In this document: positions 1 to 14,744 of the stretch, one piece after another | How the letters are laid out: every line of letters starts with the position of its first letter | Numbering within the stretch: the stretch's first letter is position 1 | Assembly (NCBI GenBank): GCA_037379345.1 | Contig: CM074511.1 | Span: forward strand, 5,828,001-5,892,000 | Direction: 5' to 3' | Source of the DNA: Perna viridis | Lineage: Eukaryota | DNA length: 64,000 nt | Translations under genes and position numbers: made by a program | The notes under the pieces: model-generated | The model's database searches: none | Told to the model about the DNA's origin: nothing | What the model saw: only the letters and a program-made list of their open reading frames with translations

Positions 1-1024
1 GGGATTTTATATGTCATTGGATTAGACATCTGACCTTTTACTTTTGACCAAATAGAAGTCGGCAATGGCATATCTATGTATTTCTAAGTTTCCTGCAAAT
101 ATTTAACTCCTCAACTGACAAAAAATCAACATTGTTGAGATATGGATCCACCCAAAAGAATAAGATAAACTGCATCAAATTTAAGGGCTTTTTCCTTTGA
201 TCCTCAATACATCTTTAACAAAAATTTAAACATTGGTGAATAAGTGATATTTTATCAGATATATAAATATTTGACAAACTGTACGAAAAATCTTTACAAA
301 ACATCTTGTCTTCCTTTTAATCAAAGTAAAAAATTCTCTAACTTGTTTAGTGTAAGCCCTTGAGACATCTTATACTTTATTGTGAGAAATTCTTTGATTT
401 TGGAAAGAAAACCAATACGTTTTTTCCCCTTAATAGATGGTAAACATTGATAAATGATTTGCATTTTTTACTTTTCATGTTAACTCTGACTGACCTTTTG
501 CCCTTAAGGGATGTAATGGAGAAATGTTCAGATTTTCTAAAAAAAAACAAACAAAAAACAAAGAAACTAAACAAAAACAAAAACATCTCATTGATTCTTC
601 TAGCATTTTTAAATTTTTGTTTTTGGGATTGATATTTTCTTGTGATTGGGAGAATGTTTGCTTTCACGCCAGAAATTTTGTTACTTAAATTCAAAAGCTA
701 AGTTGTGAATAGGTTCAAAAATTTGGGTAAGAATATTTTTTACTTTGATACCGAATTCATTCTGATTTGTCTTAACCCCACTTAAATGGTCAGAATTTTT
801 CCCTCTAACTAAATTAAGCAAGTACTGAAAATTTACACTCACTAAATTAAGGTTTTGGGGTGATTTCTGGACTTTACCTATATGACATACAGAATTCCAC
901 TAGCAAATTTTAGTGAGTGGAAATAATTTCTACTAGAAAAATTGAATTTCAACTTGAATTTAGCTAGTATTTTCCCTTTAATTCGATCACTGTGACCTGT
1001 CAAATTTTCTAACAAGTATAATTA

Positions 1025-1390
1025 AGACTTGTACAGTGGATGTACACATTGTCACTGTAGTCAGACTTGTACAGTGTACACATTGTCATGGAAATCAGAC
1101 TTGTACAGTCAGTGTACACATTGTCACTAAAGTCAGACTTGTACAGTCAGCGTACACATTATCACTAAAGTCAGACTTGTACAGTCAGTGTGCACATTGT
1201 CACTGTTGTCAGTGTACACATTGTCACTTTAGTCAGACTTGTACAGTCAATGTACACATTATCACTAAAGTCAGACTTGTACAGTCAGTGTGCACATTGT
1301 CACTGTTGTCAGTGTACACATTGTCACTTTAGTCAGACTTGTACAGTCAATGTACACATTATCACTATAGTCAGACTTGTACAGTCATTG
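1025..1390. repeat. Minisatellite, about 38-bp unit with shorter variants
   Basis: Repeated cacattgtcactaaagtcagacttgtacagtcagtgta. Confidence 0.9.
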
Positions 1391-2513
1391 TAGTATTGTG
1401 ATTCTTACTTTTGATTATGTTTTGCATACTTCCAGAAGGTACATTTTGTATCAAACTGGTTTAACCATTGTTAGTTGGTTGAAGACAAATTTAGTCATAA
1501 CAAGTTCATATCCTAAGTAAATGAAAAAAATGAATTACCATTAAGTTTAATGCAAATTTACAGTGAAACTTGCTGTGTTGGCCAAACTGAGTCCTATTAT
1601 CTTTCTTGTCAAGCTTGTTTTAAGTATCATTTTGGTGATTAGTGCTTAACATGCCTAAGTGTCCAATCTACTTAATGAACATATTTTATTTCTTTGATTC
1701 TCGTTTCTGATTGATTAATGCATAATATTGTCAGTTTGTCCACCTCCTTTCCAACGGACACTGTCATTCCTATGATTGCTAATTCTGTAGACCTTATGGA
1801 TCAATATCTTTTCATTTGTTTTTCCAAAATGGTTTTGGATTGTTGACTTATTCTGAGTATGATAAAACTGTCATTTGTTTGTCTGATTGAATTAGTTGCT
1901 AGTATGGAGATCTGAGTTGTCAGAACTCTTATTGTTATAGTTTGCTGAAGGCTTGCATGATTAGCTCTATGTAGACAGAAGGGAAAAAAATTCAGTTTCA
2001 TATAAAAATGTGATATTTCATAGAATAAATGTAGAAACAATTTGTTTGTTTGTCAATACTAATCCCTAACTGATATGCTTTTAGAATTCTGATTATGGTA
2101 AAGTGAGTCACTGCCTCGTAAAAAAGAGACCTGCCATGTTTCAATGTTCGCTTGACATTTATATAATAGAATAACATGGAATAAAACAAATATGCCAATG
2201 ATCCAATTTTTTTTTCAAACAAATGCTAGGATGACAGGCCTTAGTAGACATTACTTATGTCATTTGGAAGATCCTACAGATATGTGGACTGTAATCTGCC
2301 AGATTGTGTTAGGAAATAAATGTTCCCTCTCTATACTTATGATTAGAAATAGGTAATTAACATGAATATTTTTCCTATGTACAGTACTTGTATGTCAGAT
2401 ATATACATGTACATGTAGAACAATCTGATTTCATGTCATTTTTCAAATCAAAGCTATAGTTCTGTGAATAAATACCAATACTGCATATGACATACATGTC
2501 TGTCTCACCACTT

Positions 2514-2516
<3 letters not shown>

Positions 2517-2550
<34 letters not shown>
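2517..2550. repeat. (CT)n microsatellite
   Basis: Uninterrupted ctct run. Confidence 0.95.
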
Positions 2551-2552
<2 letters not shown>

Positions 2553-5139
2553 CAGTTTCAGTATGACCACTTTTTCCCCTCTGAATAGATCCTTTTAGAA
2601 CTTTAGAAGCTGTGACAAAATATAACCATGCCATACATATGCCCTTAATAATGTTACACCTGTGAATATGCATCATCTATTGGCACCATAAATGTTGAAA
2701 AAAATCTTTAATCATTCTGAAAACTTCAGTATGGATTGGTTTGGTGCTGTTCAGCACGATCTTGTCTTATTTTTAGTGCTATCTTTCACTAGTAGTCTTG
2801 AATTTGCTGAGAGATTTTTCACTTCAATCCAGGTTTAGCTTTTAGCACTTTTGGTGCCCTCTACAAAATAATGCAAAAACCTTTTTTATTAGTTAAATAA
2901 TTAATTGTGCAATTAAAAGCTATTGAAGTCTAAGCTTTAGAAATAAAAAAGAGAAAGAGTTGTGTTATAAAATGTATCTGCTGGTATTATCTCTTCAGAT
3001 GTCCAACACGCCATGGTGGTAAATGATGGATCAATCAATTCGTCCACATTAAGTATTCTTCTTTGTTCAATGGTAAAAAATAACAATTATGTTCTTTTTA
3101 ATGGAGGACCATTTATGGGATGATTTTTTCAGATCATCCACAAAAGGAATACAATGTACATAACTGATCTGATAAATAAGCTAATTCTGAATGAATAAGC
3201 ATATTCTAACCAATGTGTCATAGCAACAAACTCCCTATAGTACTATAGTTTATGAGTATGATCAATAATTGTCACAAACAAAACTTTCAGTATGGTAAGT
3301 ATATAGTCCTTCACATTGTTTCTCATTAATAATTACATAGCTTTAAATAGGATATTGTTCATCATAAATGTTGCATCAAGTTCACTTAACACCACATTCT
3401 GAAAGAAATAATACATTTCTTACATAATATTTTGGTAGAATGTGAAAAAAATGTAGCCCTTAGTCTTAATGTAGCTATCCCATGTCATTTGTTCACTTTT
3501 AACAGTCTTGCACATAAATTTCTATTCATTTCTGTCATTCTGTTGTGACCTAATATCTTAAACTTGAAAGTTTCAAGTCCTTGATGCCATAATTTCAGAA
3601 GACTATTGTTAAATTCATAGTTGTAACAAAGTAGTCAAATAAGGACATTTTTTCCTTCAGAACCTCTCACAAGAGCCTAAAAATCTGATGATTTTCAAAG
3701 CTTTACCCAGATAGAGTTTAAATTCTGAACTGTCTTTCCCAATTTGAAATGCACAACAAAGACTTTATGAAAATTCATTAAATTAGATGAGTAATTCTTC
3801 CTGTGTTGGTATTTAGATAGACCAGTAACATTTCATTGCATCAGTCATCGGTACAAAAGGTCTAGAACAGCCATGTTGACAAAACATATATAAAATCTGA
3901 TATACAAGCTTCTAAACAAACCTCTTATCAAAAAATAAAATACAAGGAAATAAATAAGACTTGTGAAGGCATGTTCTTAAAATTCTTTTAGTTCAGGTGA
4001 CTTTTAGAAGCACTTATTCTGATGTCATTAGGTTCTAGAATGCATGATTTAAATATTTTATGGCAGAGATAATTTCATGAAATTCCTGGTCTTTTTTCAA
4101 AGCATTGCAAAAGTCATATGTGTAGATGGGTGTGCCTAAGGTTAAATTGTGATGTAAAAAGTTAAAGTATGTTTTCCATCACTAATATTTTCATTTTTAT
4201 ACTACATTGTATAAAGCAGAACTCCACCCAACTCATTGTTATAACCTTACAGTGTCAACATATGTTTAGTTGTGGTTTTCAGTTGAATTGCAATATGGTA
4301 AAATTTTGTTGATGTACATTTAACAATAGTTTTTTTATTAGTGAATCATTTTTGTAGAGGTCAAAAATATAACCAAAATACAATTTTAACAAACTCTACA
4401 AGTATGGTTGTGAAAACATTGATGTCTTGTTGTGGATTACATCATAATTGTACTGACTCTAGGCCAACTGTTACACAAAACTAACATGATCAAATACATT
4501 GTCAAATTATTACTACAATGTGCATATTAATCATTGATTTCTGATTGAACTGTAATTTGTATGCCATGTGCATTTTTGCACCTATAAAGTTGAATTGGTA
4601 ATCTCTATATTAAAAAAATAGCCCCTTTCTTGGAAGTTATGATTGATTGTTTCCTACATCCACTTAAGCTGTAGCCCCACAATAGTTGGATAAGGTTCAT
4701 TGACTAGTGACATAGTCACACTATAAGAAAGCTGTTACCCCTAGTAAATTGATGTCGGACTTGATCTGAATTTGTAATAAGAGCAATCTGTTGCCCATAA
4801 CCTGTATATAGTCACATAGTCACATACAGTGGGATTAGAAATGAAGTTCAAGGCTTGCTCTGATAAGTACATCTACTATCAGCATGCTGTTTTACATGTA
4901 TCATTTCTACCTTTTGATTGGAGAAAACATGTAGACACTTCCAAGAAAGTCTGATGAAAGACCACTATGAAGGTATATATTACCATTTCCTGTCACTAGG
5001 GAGTCAGGAGTATGTTGCAATCACTCGACGAACCTTAATGTTGACACTCAATGAAAAAAAACCTATTCACTATTGAGGAATACATATTGTATATACAATT
5101 ACATGTAGTTTGTGGTCTTGTAGGTTTGCTTGGATGATA

Positions 5140-5315
5140 TCTCCTGTTACTTGTAGAAGCATACATTTACCCTCAGTTTAATGGTTTCCAGTATATATCT
5201 ATATGTATCCCCAGTTGCTTGTAGAAGCATACATTTACCCCCAGCTTATGGTTTCCAGTGTATATCTTCTGTTGCTTGTAGTGGCCCCAGTTTAATAGTT
5301 TCCAGTATATCTCTC
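5140..5315. repeat. Degenerate short tandem duplication
   Basis: cttgtagaagcatacatttaccc...atggtttccagt occurs twice plus a partial third copy. Confidence 0.7.
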
Positions 5316-5899
5316 CTCTTGTCCCAACTTTAAGGATTGAGTCAGGGTGTAGCCTAGAGGGACAGTTCTATACCACCTTCTGCTGTGTAAGATTTGTCAT
5401 GTTATGTAATTAGTACAAACCTATAAAATACAGGCATATTTGTTTGTTTTTCATAGCAATAAATTATTAAGAGTCTCTTGTCTGACTTTGGTTTTATCAT
5501 TTTATGACTGGTAGTTATTAGGGATAATTCATGTCCATGGTTTATTGATAGTGGTGTGAAAAGTTCTTGTGAGTTTTTAGCCAACTTTTGGAATGTCAAG
5601 TAAAACATGATTTAATAAAGGATACCATACACAATATCAGCTTTTAGGATGTGCATTCCTAAATTACAATGGTTTTCTTCAAATTTTTGAGTGCATGTGT
5701 ATAGAAATTTTGGTCTTTACTGACATACATGTAGTTTGGTCTGTACTTAGGTTATATATACGTGTATAGGCAGTTTGGTCTATATTGAGCTACATGCATG
5801 AAATATTGTTATGTTAGGTAAACAAGTTAAGTTACAGTACTAAACAGGTTTCAGCAATACAGAATATGTTAGCATTACATCTTAACTAAACCTTAACAT

Positions 5900-6262
5900 A
5901 AATGTTGATTGAGGATTGGGAGCAGAATGTGACCACTGGTTTGGATCAGAGAAATGTTGATTGAGGATTGGGAGCAGAATGTGACCACTGGTTTGGATCA
6001 GAGAAATGTTGATTGAGAATTGGGAGCAGAATGTGACCACTGGTTTGGATCAGAGAAATGTTAATTGAGGATTGGGAGCAGAATGTGACCACTGGTTTGG
6101 ATCAGAGAAATGTTGATTGAGGATTGGGAGCAGAATGTGACCACTGGTTTGGATCAGAGAAATGTTAATTGAGGATTGGGAGCAGAATGTGTCCACTGGT
6201 TTGGATCAGAGAAATGTTGATTGAGGATTGGGAGCAGAATGTGACCACTGGTTTGGATCAGA
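5900..6262. repeat. Minisatellite, 52-bp unit x7
   Basis: aaatgttgattgaggattgggagcagaatgtgaccactggtttggatcagag repeated near-perfectly. Confidence 0.95.
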
Positions 6263-7154
6263 TGTTTAATACAGTGGTGTCTTTGTCTAGTAGTCCATCT
6301 TACACACCTTTTGTTGATCAAACCATTTGTTGATTTCACATCACAATACAGAAACATCAATGGAGGAATAGGCATTAAAACTAAAACACAGTTATAGGAA
6401 TTCTTATATTGATCTCCCTCAGGACATTTCCATATATTGGCATTACATAGACCAACAATATATATATGTGTAATACTTTTAGCTAGTTTTCCTATTCACT
6501 GAACTCTCTGTTGAAGCTTTGATGGTTCATATTGAAACTTATTGTTCTGGTTGCCTGTCTAATATGAGAAGCTCTAGGGGGTAGCAGATAGTTCTGTCAC
6601 TATGTGATATTTGTTTAAATATTAATAACATATGATCATGATTCTTTTGATTTTTACTCTGAAGTAATTGAAAATCTCTAGGATGGTTTTCCTTTGTCAA
6701 TAAAGCTGAGAGGTGGAAAGTTGATCAAAAATTAATTAAAATTCATCTGTAGGAATGAGGATAAAACATAAGATAACAAGACTTTAAAGTCCATGTGTCT
6801 GGTCTTGTAAATGTTTAGTTACAATGCATTGATATCACTGCTTCAGCTGTGTAAAACTGCTAATAGCATTTAGGTGAAAATGAACATTTCACAAATAGTA
6901 GACATTTAGTTACATGTAGTACATCTAGATGTACTTTTGTTGCTTTTCGAGTAATTGTGAGGATTGAAGTCATTTTCTCTGATTTGTGCCATGAATTGCC
7001 TATAGCAGTAAATGGAAAAAAAAAAAAATTTCAGTCACTAAGTAAATATATATACTATATTCATATTGAGTAAGGAAGGGGCAGTTTATTAGTAACTCAT
7101 TGTCAACTCATTTAAATTCATATGTCATTTGTTATATTTCTAGTAATATTAGAC

Positions 7155-7815
7155 CATTTCTTAAGAACAATTCACTTTTTTAAGTCACTAATATTGTTAG
7201 CATAAGTTACTTCTTGTACTCAGAATTTCAGTACTTTACATTCGCATATGATTTGCATAATTATACATTAGTATTCCACTATTCCAGCTGCTGATCGGTG
7301 CTCTGTTTTCCATCAATTCTACTTCATACAAGATCACTATGTACCTCTTAAATGTCCTACATGTGTTCTACCTGTGTTTTTTGCCTGTATGAGGACGGGA
7401 AGTTTACATTAAAAGATGAAATGATTGGTTAGCATTGAACATTATTCAGTTTCTGATTCAGATACAGGGGCTTGCTACAATTGACTATAAAGGTCATATG
7501 TATTACCTGGGCCCCGATATATATAAATAGCCATTGCCAGTTGATTAACCTGGTTCCTAATCTGGTTTGCTGGTCAATATCATAAGCGACACAAAGATTG
7601 CTAAAATTTTGAGAGTTGATTGAAAACCATTCAGGTCATTACAGTTTTGAAAGAGTAATCATATCAAGGGAACAAAGATTCAAGTGGAAGTCACTCAGTT
7701 CTAGAGCATATCGCATTTGTGCCATTTTTGGATGTTGAAAACAAGCCAGAATCAGTGGCATAGAATATTTGACGATTAGAACCTTGGAAGACTTCAGTCT
7801 TTGATTTATTATTGT
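7155..7815 (+). mobile_element. Interspersed repeat copy A, homologous in reverse orientation to 48720-49947
   Basis: For example catatgatttgcataattata (7245) vs tataattatgcaaatcatatg (49864), and gaagacttcagtctttgatt (7788) vs aatcaaagactgaagtcttc (48731); boundaries approximate. Confidence 0.8.
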
Positions 7816-9452
7816 TTCTTATCACCATTTATTCAGACAGTGCTGGGGCTAATGTAGACATCAGTGCTTTAGTAAATTATGTTTCAAAAATAACAATATT
7901 GACATTTTTGTCTATGTAATCTAGTGCAAAAACTTCTCCCTGTCAAAGACAAATGGGAGAGCTGAGCACAAACAAGGAGAAGTTTCTGCTCATTTCTCCC
8001 TCTAGATTAAGCCCTGACATATTCTATATTTCTTTCTGGAAACCTTTTGGTAAGGAGATGAAGAGATTTGATGATCCTAGATGAAGGGTGATATTTGACT
8101 CATCACTTGCCTCCAGTACTACTTATGTATGCATGAGATGATATTGTCTTTCTATCTATGTATTCATCAGACTGATTTGGTCAAGATCATTGATATCTGA
8201 TGCTCTATGTGAAAGCCTCCGGATATTGATTCCTTCCGTCTGTGTAAGCAATAAATCATTGTCTCCTTAAAATCTGTTCTTAAAAAGGGGGGATGATGTA
8301 TGTTTGATAGATAAAGGAAGAAATATTAGCTCCCAGGTAATTATTGGTCAAGTCTTCTTTATGGCAACTTTCTCTCTAGGCATACAAAATATATGCTTAT
8401 TTCATCATTGGAAGGTGTTCCGACAGTTAAGCAGGATTGTCTGGATTGCTTTAACTGACTGTAAAACTACAAAGATACTTATTTTGTCCTTTAAATATGT
8501 CAGTTCAGTGTAGAGGATATTTATATTTTTGAACCAATAATCATTCTCATACTTACATTCTTTATTAATAAATGGACTTATTATTGCCAATTTATTTTCT
8601 AGGTTTTTCTAAAATAAGTTTGTAAACAGTATGCTGCTTCCTGCTGCATAGTTTTAATTTTTTGTATGAAGGAAGAAAGACTTAGTCCTGCCATGTCTGT
8701 CCATGCCTTATATTGATTACAAAATTTATAACTTTAACCTTCCAATGATATTTTTTGAAACAATTTAGATGTACCAACTAGGGCATACCCTAGCTGTTGA
8801 AAATGCATTTATTCTAAGCATCAATGATTTTGGTATAGATATTCATTATTGTGCCATAAATTCATCAAATATTAATGGAGCTGTAATGAATTAATCAGGT
8901 TCACTTCATAAAATAAGAGAAAAATATTAGGGTTTTAATAAACTGGTACAAATATGCATCAGGCAATAATTGCTTTAGACATATTAATTGGGTATTTTTA
9001 ATTAAAATTTTTTGTATGATTGAAGAAATTGAATTATTTTAAAATGAGTTTTCACCCAGGATTTAAGGACATCTTGTTAATTAGGGATCAGGGGAGTAGT
9101 TTCATGAAAGCTGTTATTAGGGTTATTGATCTTTCAAAAGCAGCAATATTTGTTCTTGTAAAATAACATTTTTATTGTTATGAATGTTTTATTTATAAAT
9201 TAGTCATCTCTTCATGCTTTACTGACAGATCACTATAATAGTTACTTGTAGAACTAAAATCTCTCTCTGGGCCATTACCATATAAATTAGTTTAAAACCT
9301 CACATCCACTGAGCCTTACAAATTAATCAGATAGAATTGATCTGGTAAAAATAATCCCTTTCAGTTTTAGAACTAATTAGACATCCCTCCTTTTTCATTA
9401 TTACAGAATACTACCCAATGCTATCCCTACTTACTTTGATCTATGCCTTTAG

Positions 9453-9881
9453 CAGAGGTAAAGGTTAACTTTTTGAGGCTAGTAGCCACCTGGGCTACTA
9501 AACTATAAAGTCAATTAGCCCAGAAAAAAAGTTGGTAGCCCAGACTTTTTCAGACAGTTTCTTGGGGTTTTTTAACCCCAGAAATAAAATTCCACATTTT
9601 ATGAAATACCGGATGTGGAAATTAAAAAGCAATTCTAAATAAGAAACCAACATCGGTTATGAACAATTTCTGTATTATTAGAACTGGTTACTGATAAAAT
9701 TTAACTAGGGACACTACATTTCTGATTGAATGGTAACCAGTTAAAACTCCAACCACAACTTTTGTTTACAATAAAAAAATTTGGCAATTCGCCAGCTGGG
9801 CTACTAAAATGGAAAAAATTGTCACCCAGGCACATTTCTGGTCGCCGTTGGGGAGTGGGCTACCATTAATCTTTTACCCCG
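9453..9881. mobile_element. Probable non-autonomous DNA transposon with imperfect TIRs
   Basis: cagaggtaaaggttaa ... ttaatcttttaccccg ends; subterminal gggctac/gtagccc motifs; no clear TSD. Confidence 0.5.
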
Positions 9882-10089
9882 TTTAGTATGAAAAAGTTTA
9901 ACTACTCAAGTTATAAAGTTTTGTATCCAGTTTTTGGTTAACTGGTTCTTACTTGTTTCGTAGTTTGCAAGAAGATAAACTTAAAAATAAAAACAATCAA
10001 ACTTAGATGATAAAATTTTTGGACTAGAATGAATATCGGCAAACTATGAAAATATGTACTGTACTCATAATAACAACCCCGTACAAGCA

Positions 10090-10410
10090 TTGCCTCAGTG
10101 GTCTCTTGGGATTGTGCTTGCTTGGATCTCGGGAGGTTGTTTGTTCCCTCTCAGGCAAGGAGACAAGGTCATATCAAGGACTTTTCAATTTGAAATTACT
10201 ACTTTTCCTCTTAAGCAAACAACATGGACGACAGGTTGGCTTGGAGTCAGACTAATGTGTTAGATTGGTGACATGCTTGCCTGAGGACTGCTGCTTATGT
10301 GTGATAGCACACTTAACATTTGGCTCAGATTGTTGGTCTAGTACCAAGCAGGGTCTGTTTGATTGGTTGATCATTCTTATCCTGAAATACCTGCCATATC
10401 TACTATCAAT
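10090..10410 (+). mobile_element. Decayed SINE resembling bivalve Meta-domain SINEs
   Basis: ggtcatatcaaggac...ttaagcaaacaacat...ggttggcttggagtcagactaatgtg...gttggtctagtaccaagcagg resembles recalled mollusc SINE bodies; caat-like tail. Family call is from memory, not a search. Confidence 0.5.
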
Positions 10411-11009
10411 CTATCAATCTTAACTGTAGTGAGTAATTTGCTTGTTTTAGAAATGGGCCTTACAACAGTTCTTGTTGCAAGGTATCTAAGAAGAGTTCAT
10501 GCCTTCAGTAAAAAATTAAAATATTAAACAACTATCCTACAGAAAGGCATTACTGTTGGCTCATGGTCCAAATAGCATGAAACCATCATGAAGAATTAGA
10601 TGTGAGGGCAAACATTTATGGGGAATACTTCCAAGCTTTTAAATCTAATGAGTAGATGACATTATCGATGAACATTGCTCTTGGCCAATAACTCATTACA
10701 CTATAAATAAGAGTCATTATAATTAAATGACTGAATGATTTGGAATAAGTCTTCGAGGCTATTTTAGAGATTATTTTCTAATAACATTTGTAAATGTTGC
10801 CTAAAAATGGAAGTAGACAGAAAAATTTTCCTTATCCTTGCTTACATGTTTGAAAATTAATGATACCCATATCAATCACTTCACCTGATGATAATTCAGA
10901 AACTGCATTTTGAATATATATTTTTTAATTAATATATCATAAACAAGGTTAATTTTAATCCTGTTACTATACACTTTGATCAGCCCCATTTATACTGCTG
11001 AATAGATAA

Positions 11010-11601
11010 GTATTGTTGAACTTCACTTGCTCAAATTTGGATACATTAACAACCAGGATTTCTTGAACACAATTCAAAATACCAAACTTTCCTCCTGTAA
11101 AATCAATAGGAATAACCGTGGATTTCTCGAACACTCAAACTGACATGTTGGGCCTTTGTTAATAAATCTTAGAGAATAACCCTCACCAACTCTAACTTGT
11201 CAGCCATTTTTTTTTCAACTTTTGTAATAAAAGGTGTGAAAAACTGAAACCTCAACATTAGACAGTGTCATTTTAGTCTTCACCAATTAGTAGTTTTAAT
11301 ATAACATAGTACAGATTGAAGTTCTAAAATGTTCTGATGTCGGCATAATGAAAGCATCAAAGATAACTGTAGACAAAAATAAATTATTGACCAAGGAACT
11401 TGAAGTTTTTTAAGCCAACACAGCATTTTTTAGTGACTACAAATCAAAGTAACCTTACAAAAGTGAATGAAAAATATCCATAAAATATTTGTAGTAAGTA
11501 AGTAAATCCAGAATATACAAACCTAATTTTCTCAAACTGCCAATAACTTGAACACATTTTAATGGTCCCTTGGAGTTTGAGCTACTGAGGTTTTACTGTA
11601 T
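11010..11601. mobile_element. Decayed Tc1/mariner-type MITE
   Basis: Right end gagtttgagctactgaggttttactg-ta; internal ctcgaacac/cttgaacac repeats; left end degraded. Confidence 0.4.
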
Positions 11602-12014
11602 TAGAAATTGAGATTTTTTTTACATCTCTGTTGTGGCTACTTTATAACATGGAGTAGTTAAGGATGAGTACAATTCTATTTATAGCAGACAAAACACACA
11701 AGAAAGTTACTATTCCTCCTTTCTTCAAATATGCTGATGAAATCAATCTTAGTAAGTTAAAGATCAAACCAAAAAAGACAGGCATTACTCTATTTTTTTT
11801 ACACCTGCCCTTTATTGTATGACCCCTCGAGAGAAATGAGGGGGTCCATGGTTTTAGTCTGTGCTTCTGTTTGTGCCTTTGTCATGTTTTTTTTTTTTTC
11901 TAAATTGCTTTTCAGTATTCATTACTATTATTAACTACCTTTAATTCCTAACAGTAATGCTACTGAGATGTTATCATGATATGTATATATATACACTAAT
12001 GTCTCAGAATGTGA

Positions 12015-12339
12015 TAGGGAAGATAATGTAAGTAAGCATAGAAGGGTCTGAAAAATTCCCAACAATGTTATAACTTTAAAATTTGCGAAATTGTACCGCA
12101 GTGACATCTAAAGCAACACCGCCTGCACAAAGTCCAGCGCCTAGACCACTCAGCAAGCTTTCACTGGCTGCTCATTCCTCCTCAATCTATATAGACCTAG
12201 ATCTAAGGAGCTGGACTATGTGTAGGCTGTGATGTCCTAGTACGAGTCCTAGTCCTGCGGAGGGAACGACAAACAATTTATGAATTCTAACATACTTGGA
12301 AAATTTTCAGACCCTTCTATGCTTACATTATCTTCCCTG
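12015..12339. mobile_element. MITE with about 45-bp terminal inverted repeats
   Basis: agggaagataatgtaag(taag)catagaagggtctgaaaa ... ttttcagacccttctatgcttacattatcttccct; CpG-richer interior. Confidence 0.88.
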
Positions 12340-14227
12340 TATCAATTTGATCCGATGGAGCAGTGTAGCGAATAGAGTCATTCTGAGACGTTATATATAT
12401 GACCCATTATTTGGACATGATAGACCATTGACAACACACACACTATTAACAGGGCATTGTGTCATGTCATTTACATCTTCTTGTTTAATGTGGTCATGAC
12501 ACTCAGCTATTTGTGACATACAGAAAATTTATAAATATGATATTCATCCCCTTTTCATTCAATTGATACATGTCCCAATATTAACTATATGAAGTCTACC
12601 AGATCAAGACAATCTGTAAATCTTTGTGATATTTGATCGTTCTTATGTTTTTTATTTGATAATTTGTTTTATAAATATGTCCATGTGAAGAATTCTTCTG
12701 TGGAATATCAACTATTGTTTGTCGCTTTATACAAATACAGGTTACTCAGACAATAGAAGTCATAGAGTGAACATTTCCATGCCCATCATCATCAATCTCT
12801 GAGGGTCTATATTTAGTCTTTTCTGAATCAAAATTTGATGTTATAGTTTACTCAGAAAGATTTATTTGTTTTGTTGAACCCAGACCTGATTACGGGGACT
12901 GCATACTTTGTCTTCCTCCTGTGATTAAAGAGTTCAATTCAAAATGATATGTTCATCCTGAATTAATCAAAGACTGAGAAAAAAACATTGTTAATCAATA
13001 GGGAAAGATGGTCGTTTAAGATGTTCTTAAATTGTATGGCATTAACATTTGGTGTAAATATTGACTTCCACTACATTAAAGTAAAAACATATTTTTGAAA
13101 AGGAACAATTTGTTGTCCTTCTTTTTTTTGTGACAGTTGATTTTTTTATACTGCTTTAGTTCCCCCCCAAAAAAAAACAAAAACAAAAACAAAGTTGCTA
13201 CTATTATTTGAATCCGTTTTTCAGCCAATAATGAAACAGAAGTTGTCAATATACCTTCCTTCTTCAGAAATGCCGATATTATAATTAGTAAGTTCTGTTC
13301 AAGCTCCTCTGGCAAGGCATTATTTACATGATTCTAAAATAAACTTTCACAGCTCTAAAATTATCTTTATATTTTGTCAAAGAAAAACTGTGGATCCTAA
13401 AGTATAGGTTTATATGCCCTTTAGTTGGATGATAAGTTGTCTAAATGGTACTTCTGGATTCCCTCAGATAGACCCTCTACACTTAAAAGACTTTATTTTA
13501 AAGCTCTGTTTTAAACATCCACTTTGCGCTGCGTTATATTTTGAAGACTTTAGATGTGTGGTCACTTTTCATTTAAGTAATGCCTGTCAAAGGGATTGAT
13601 CTGCACTGACAGGAATTGCTTTTGAATGTCTTGTCCCCCTTGGGAAAACGAAACTTGTTTCAGTAATTGAATAACAATCAAGTGTTGACATACATGGTAG
13701 CTGTAAACCATCTTAACAATGAATGTATTGCCCACCACTAAAATATTGCTCATTTACAATGCCTCCTGTCTGATAACATTTTACCTTAAGAGTTTGGTTT
13801 TTGGTCAGATCTCTCAGCAATGGACCCCTTTAAATGCCAAAAAGTTTGATTATTACTTGAACAATAACTGTTTTTCATATCTGTTTACGTAGTTGAATGA
13901 ATGAATGTATAGTTTGGCCATGGTTGTCAAACATCAAACTTTATCAGATTTTAGTATAAATGAACACTTAAATTTAAAGGAACCCAATCCTGTATGGAAA
14001 ATGCTTCAGCACTGTCTTGCTAAAGTAATTAAAATATTATACAATGTCACATATTGTAACTTGAAAGGCTGTTTTTTATTGTGAAAAACATATCAAGGGA
14101 GACAATTCATTTTGCATTCCTGTCTCAAATTTTTAACAAATATTTACAAGTTTAATGTTGTATAGTAATTCTTATATTCTGAATTGTTTGTTGGGTTTAT
14201 TCTTCAACAACATATATACTCTCAATG

Positions 14228-14305
14228 TGAAAATTGTTAATTTGCAATATCTTGGATCTGATATATATATATCAGATCCAAGATACTGCAAATTAACAAT
14301 TTTCA
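14228..14305. repeat. 78-bp near-perfect palindrome centred on (AT)n
   Basis: tgaaaattgttaatttgcaatatcttggatctgatatat followed by its reverse complement with one mismatch. Confidence 0.92.
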
Positions 14306-14744
14306 AATATATATATATTTTCAAATTGATGATGTAACATAATGATCAGTTAGGTTTTAACTTACAGAAAGGAAAAATAGTTTTGTTTAAATTTGTTCTA
14401 TTTTGAAATGTATATTTTTGTGACATTGATGACTTGTATGTTATTGGAAACAACAAACTGTTTGGGATATAAGTGTTGTATTACAACTTTAGATTTACAT
14501 ATCATTTATATTTGTTAAAATCTATTTCATTTTATCCTGATAACTTACTCTCTACCTTTGAATATAAATGTTCAATCCTTATGGTAAAAGATATTATTAA
14601 TACATTCTAAAAGATAATATGCACATTTTGACAGTAATTTATGAGGATGTAATCCATATTATATATATTCCTTCCTTTGCTGTAGTGAGATACTTCTTTT
14701 ATCGTGTACAGAATGTTAATGTAGAGAACTTTCTGTCTTTTTAG

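Noticed and set aside
1036-1393. Cys/His-rich ORFs
   Set aside because: Produced by the 38-bp minisatellite.
3281-3300. tttcag|TATG|gtaagt 4-nt exon candidate
   Set aside because: Not frame-preserving and lacks a real pyrimidine tract.
5900-6262. Regular repeats as a possible CRISPR array (also 29011 and 44337)
   Set aside because: Head-to-tail units with no unique spacers, in a eukaryotic intron.
1-14744. Signal-peptide exon of full-length LAR, or a separate nested gene
   Set aside because: No credible exon found; the short ORFs are low-complexity AT-rich translations, so the region is treated as intron.
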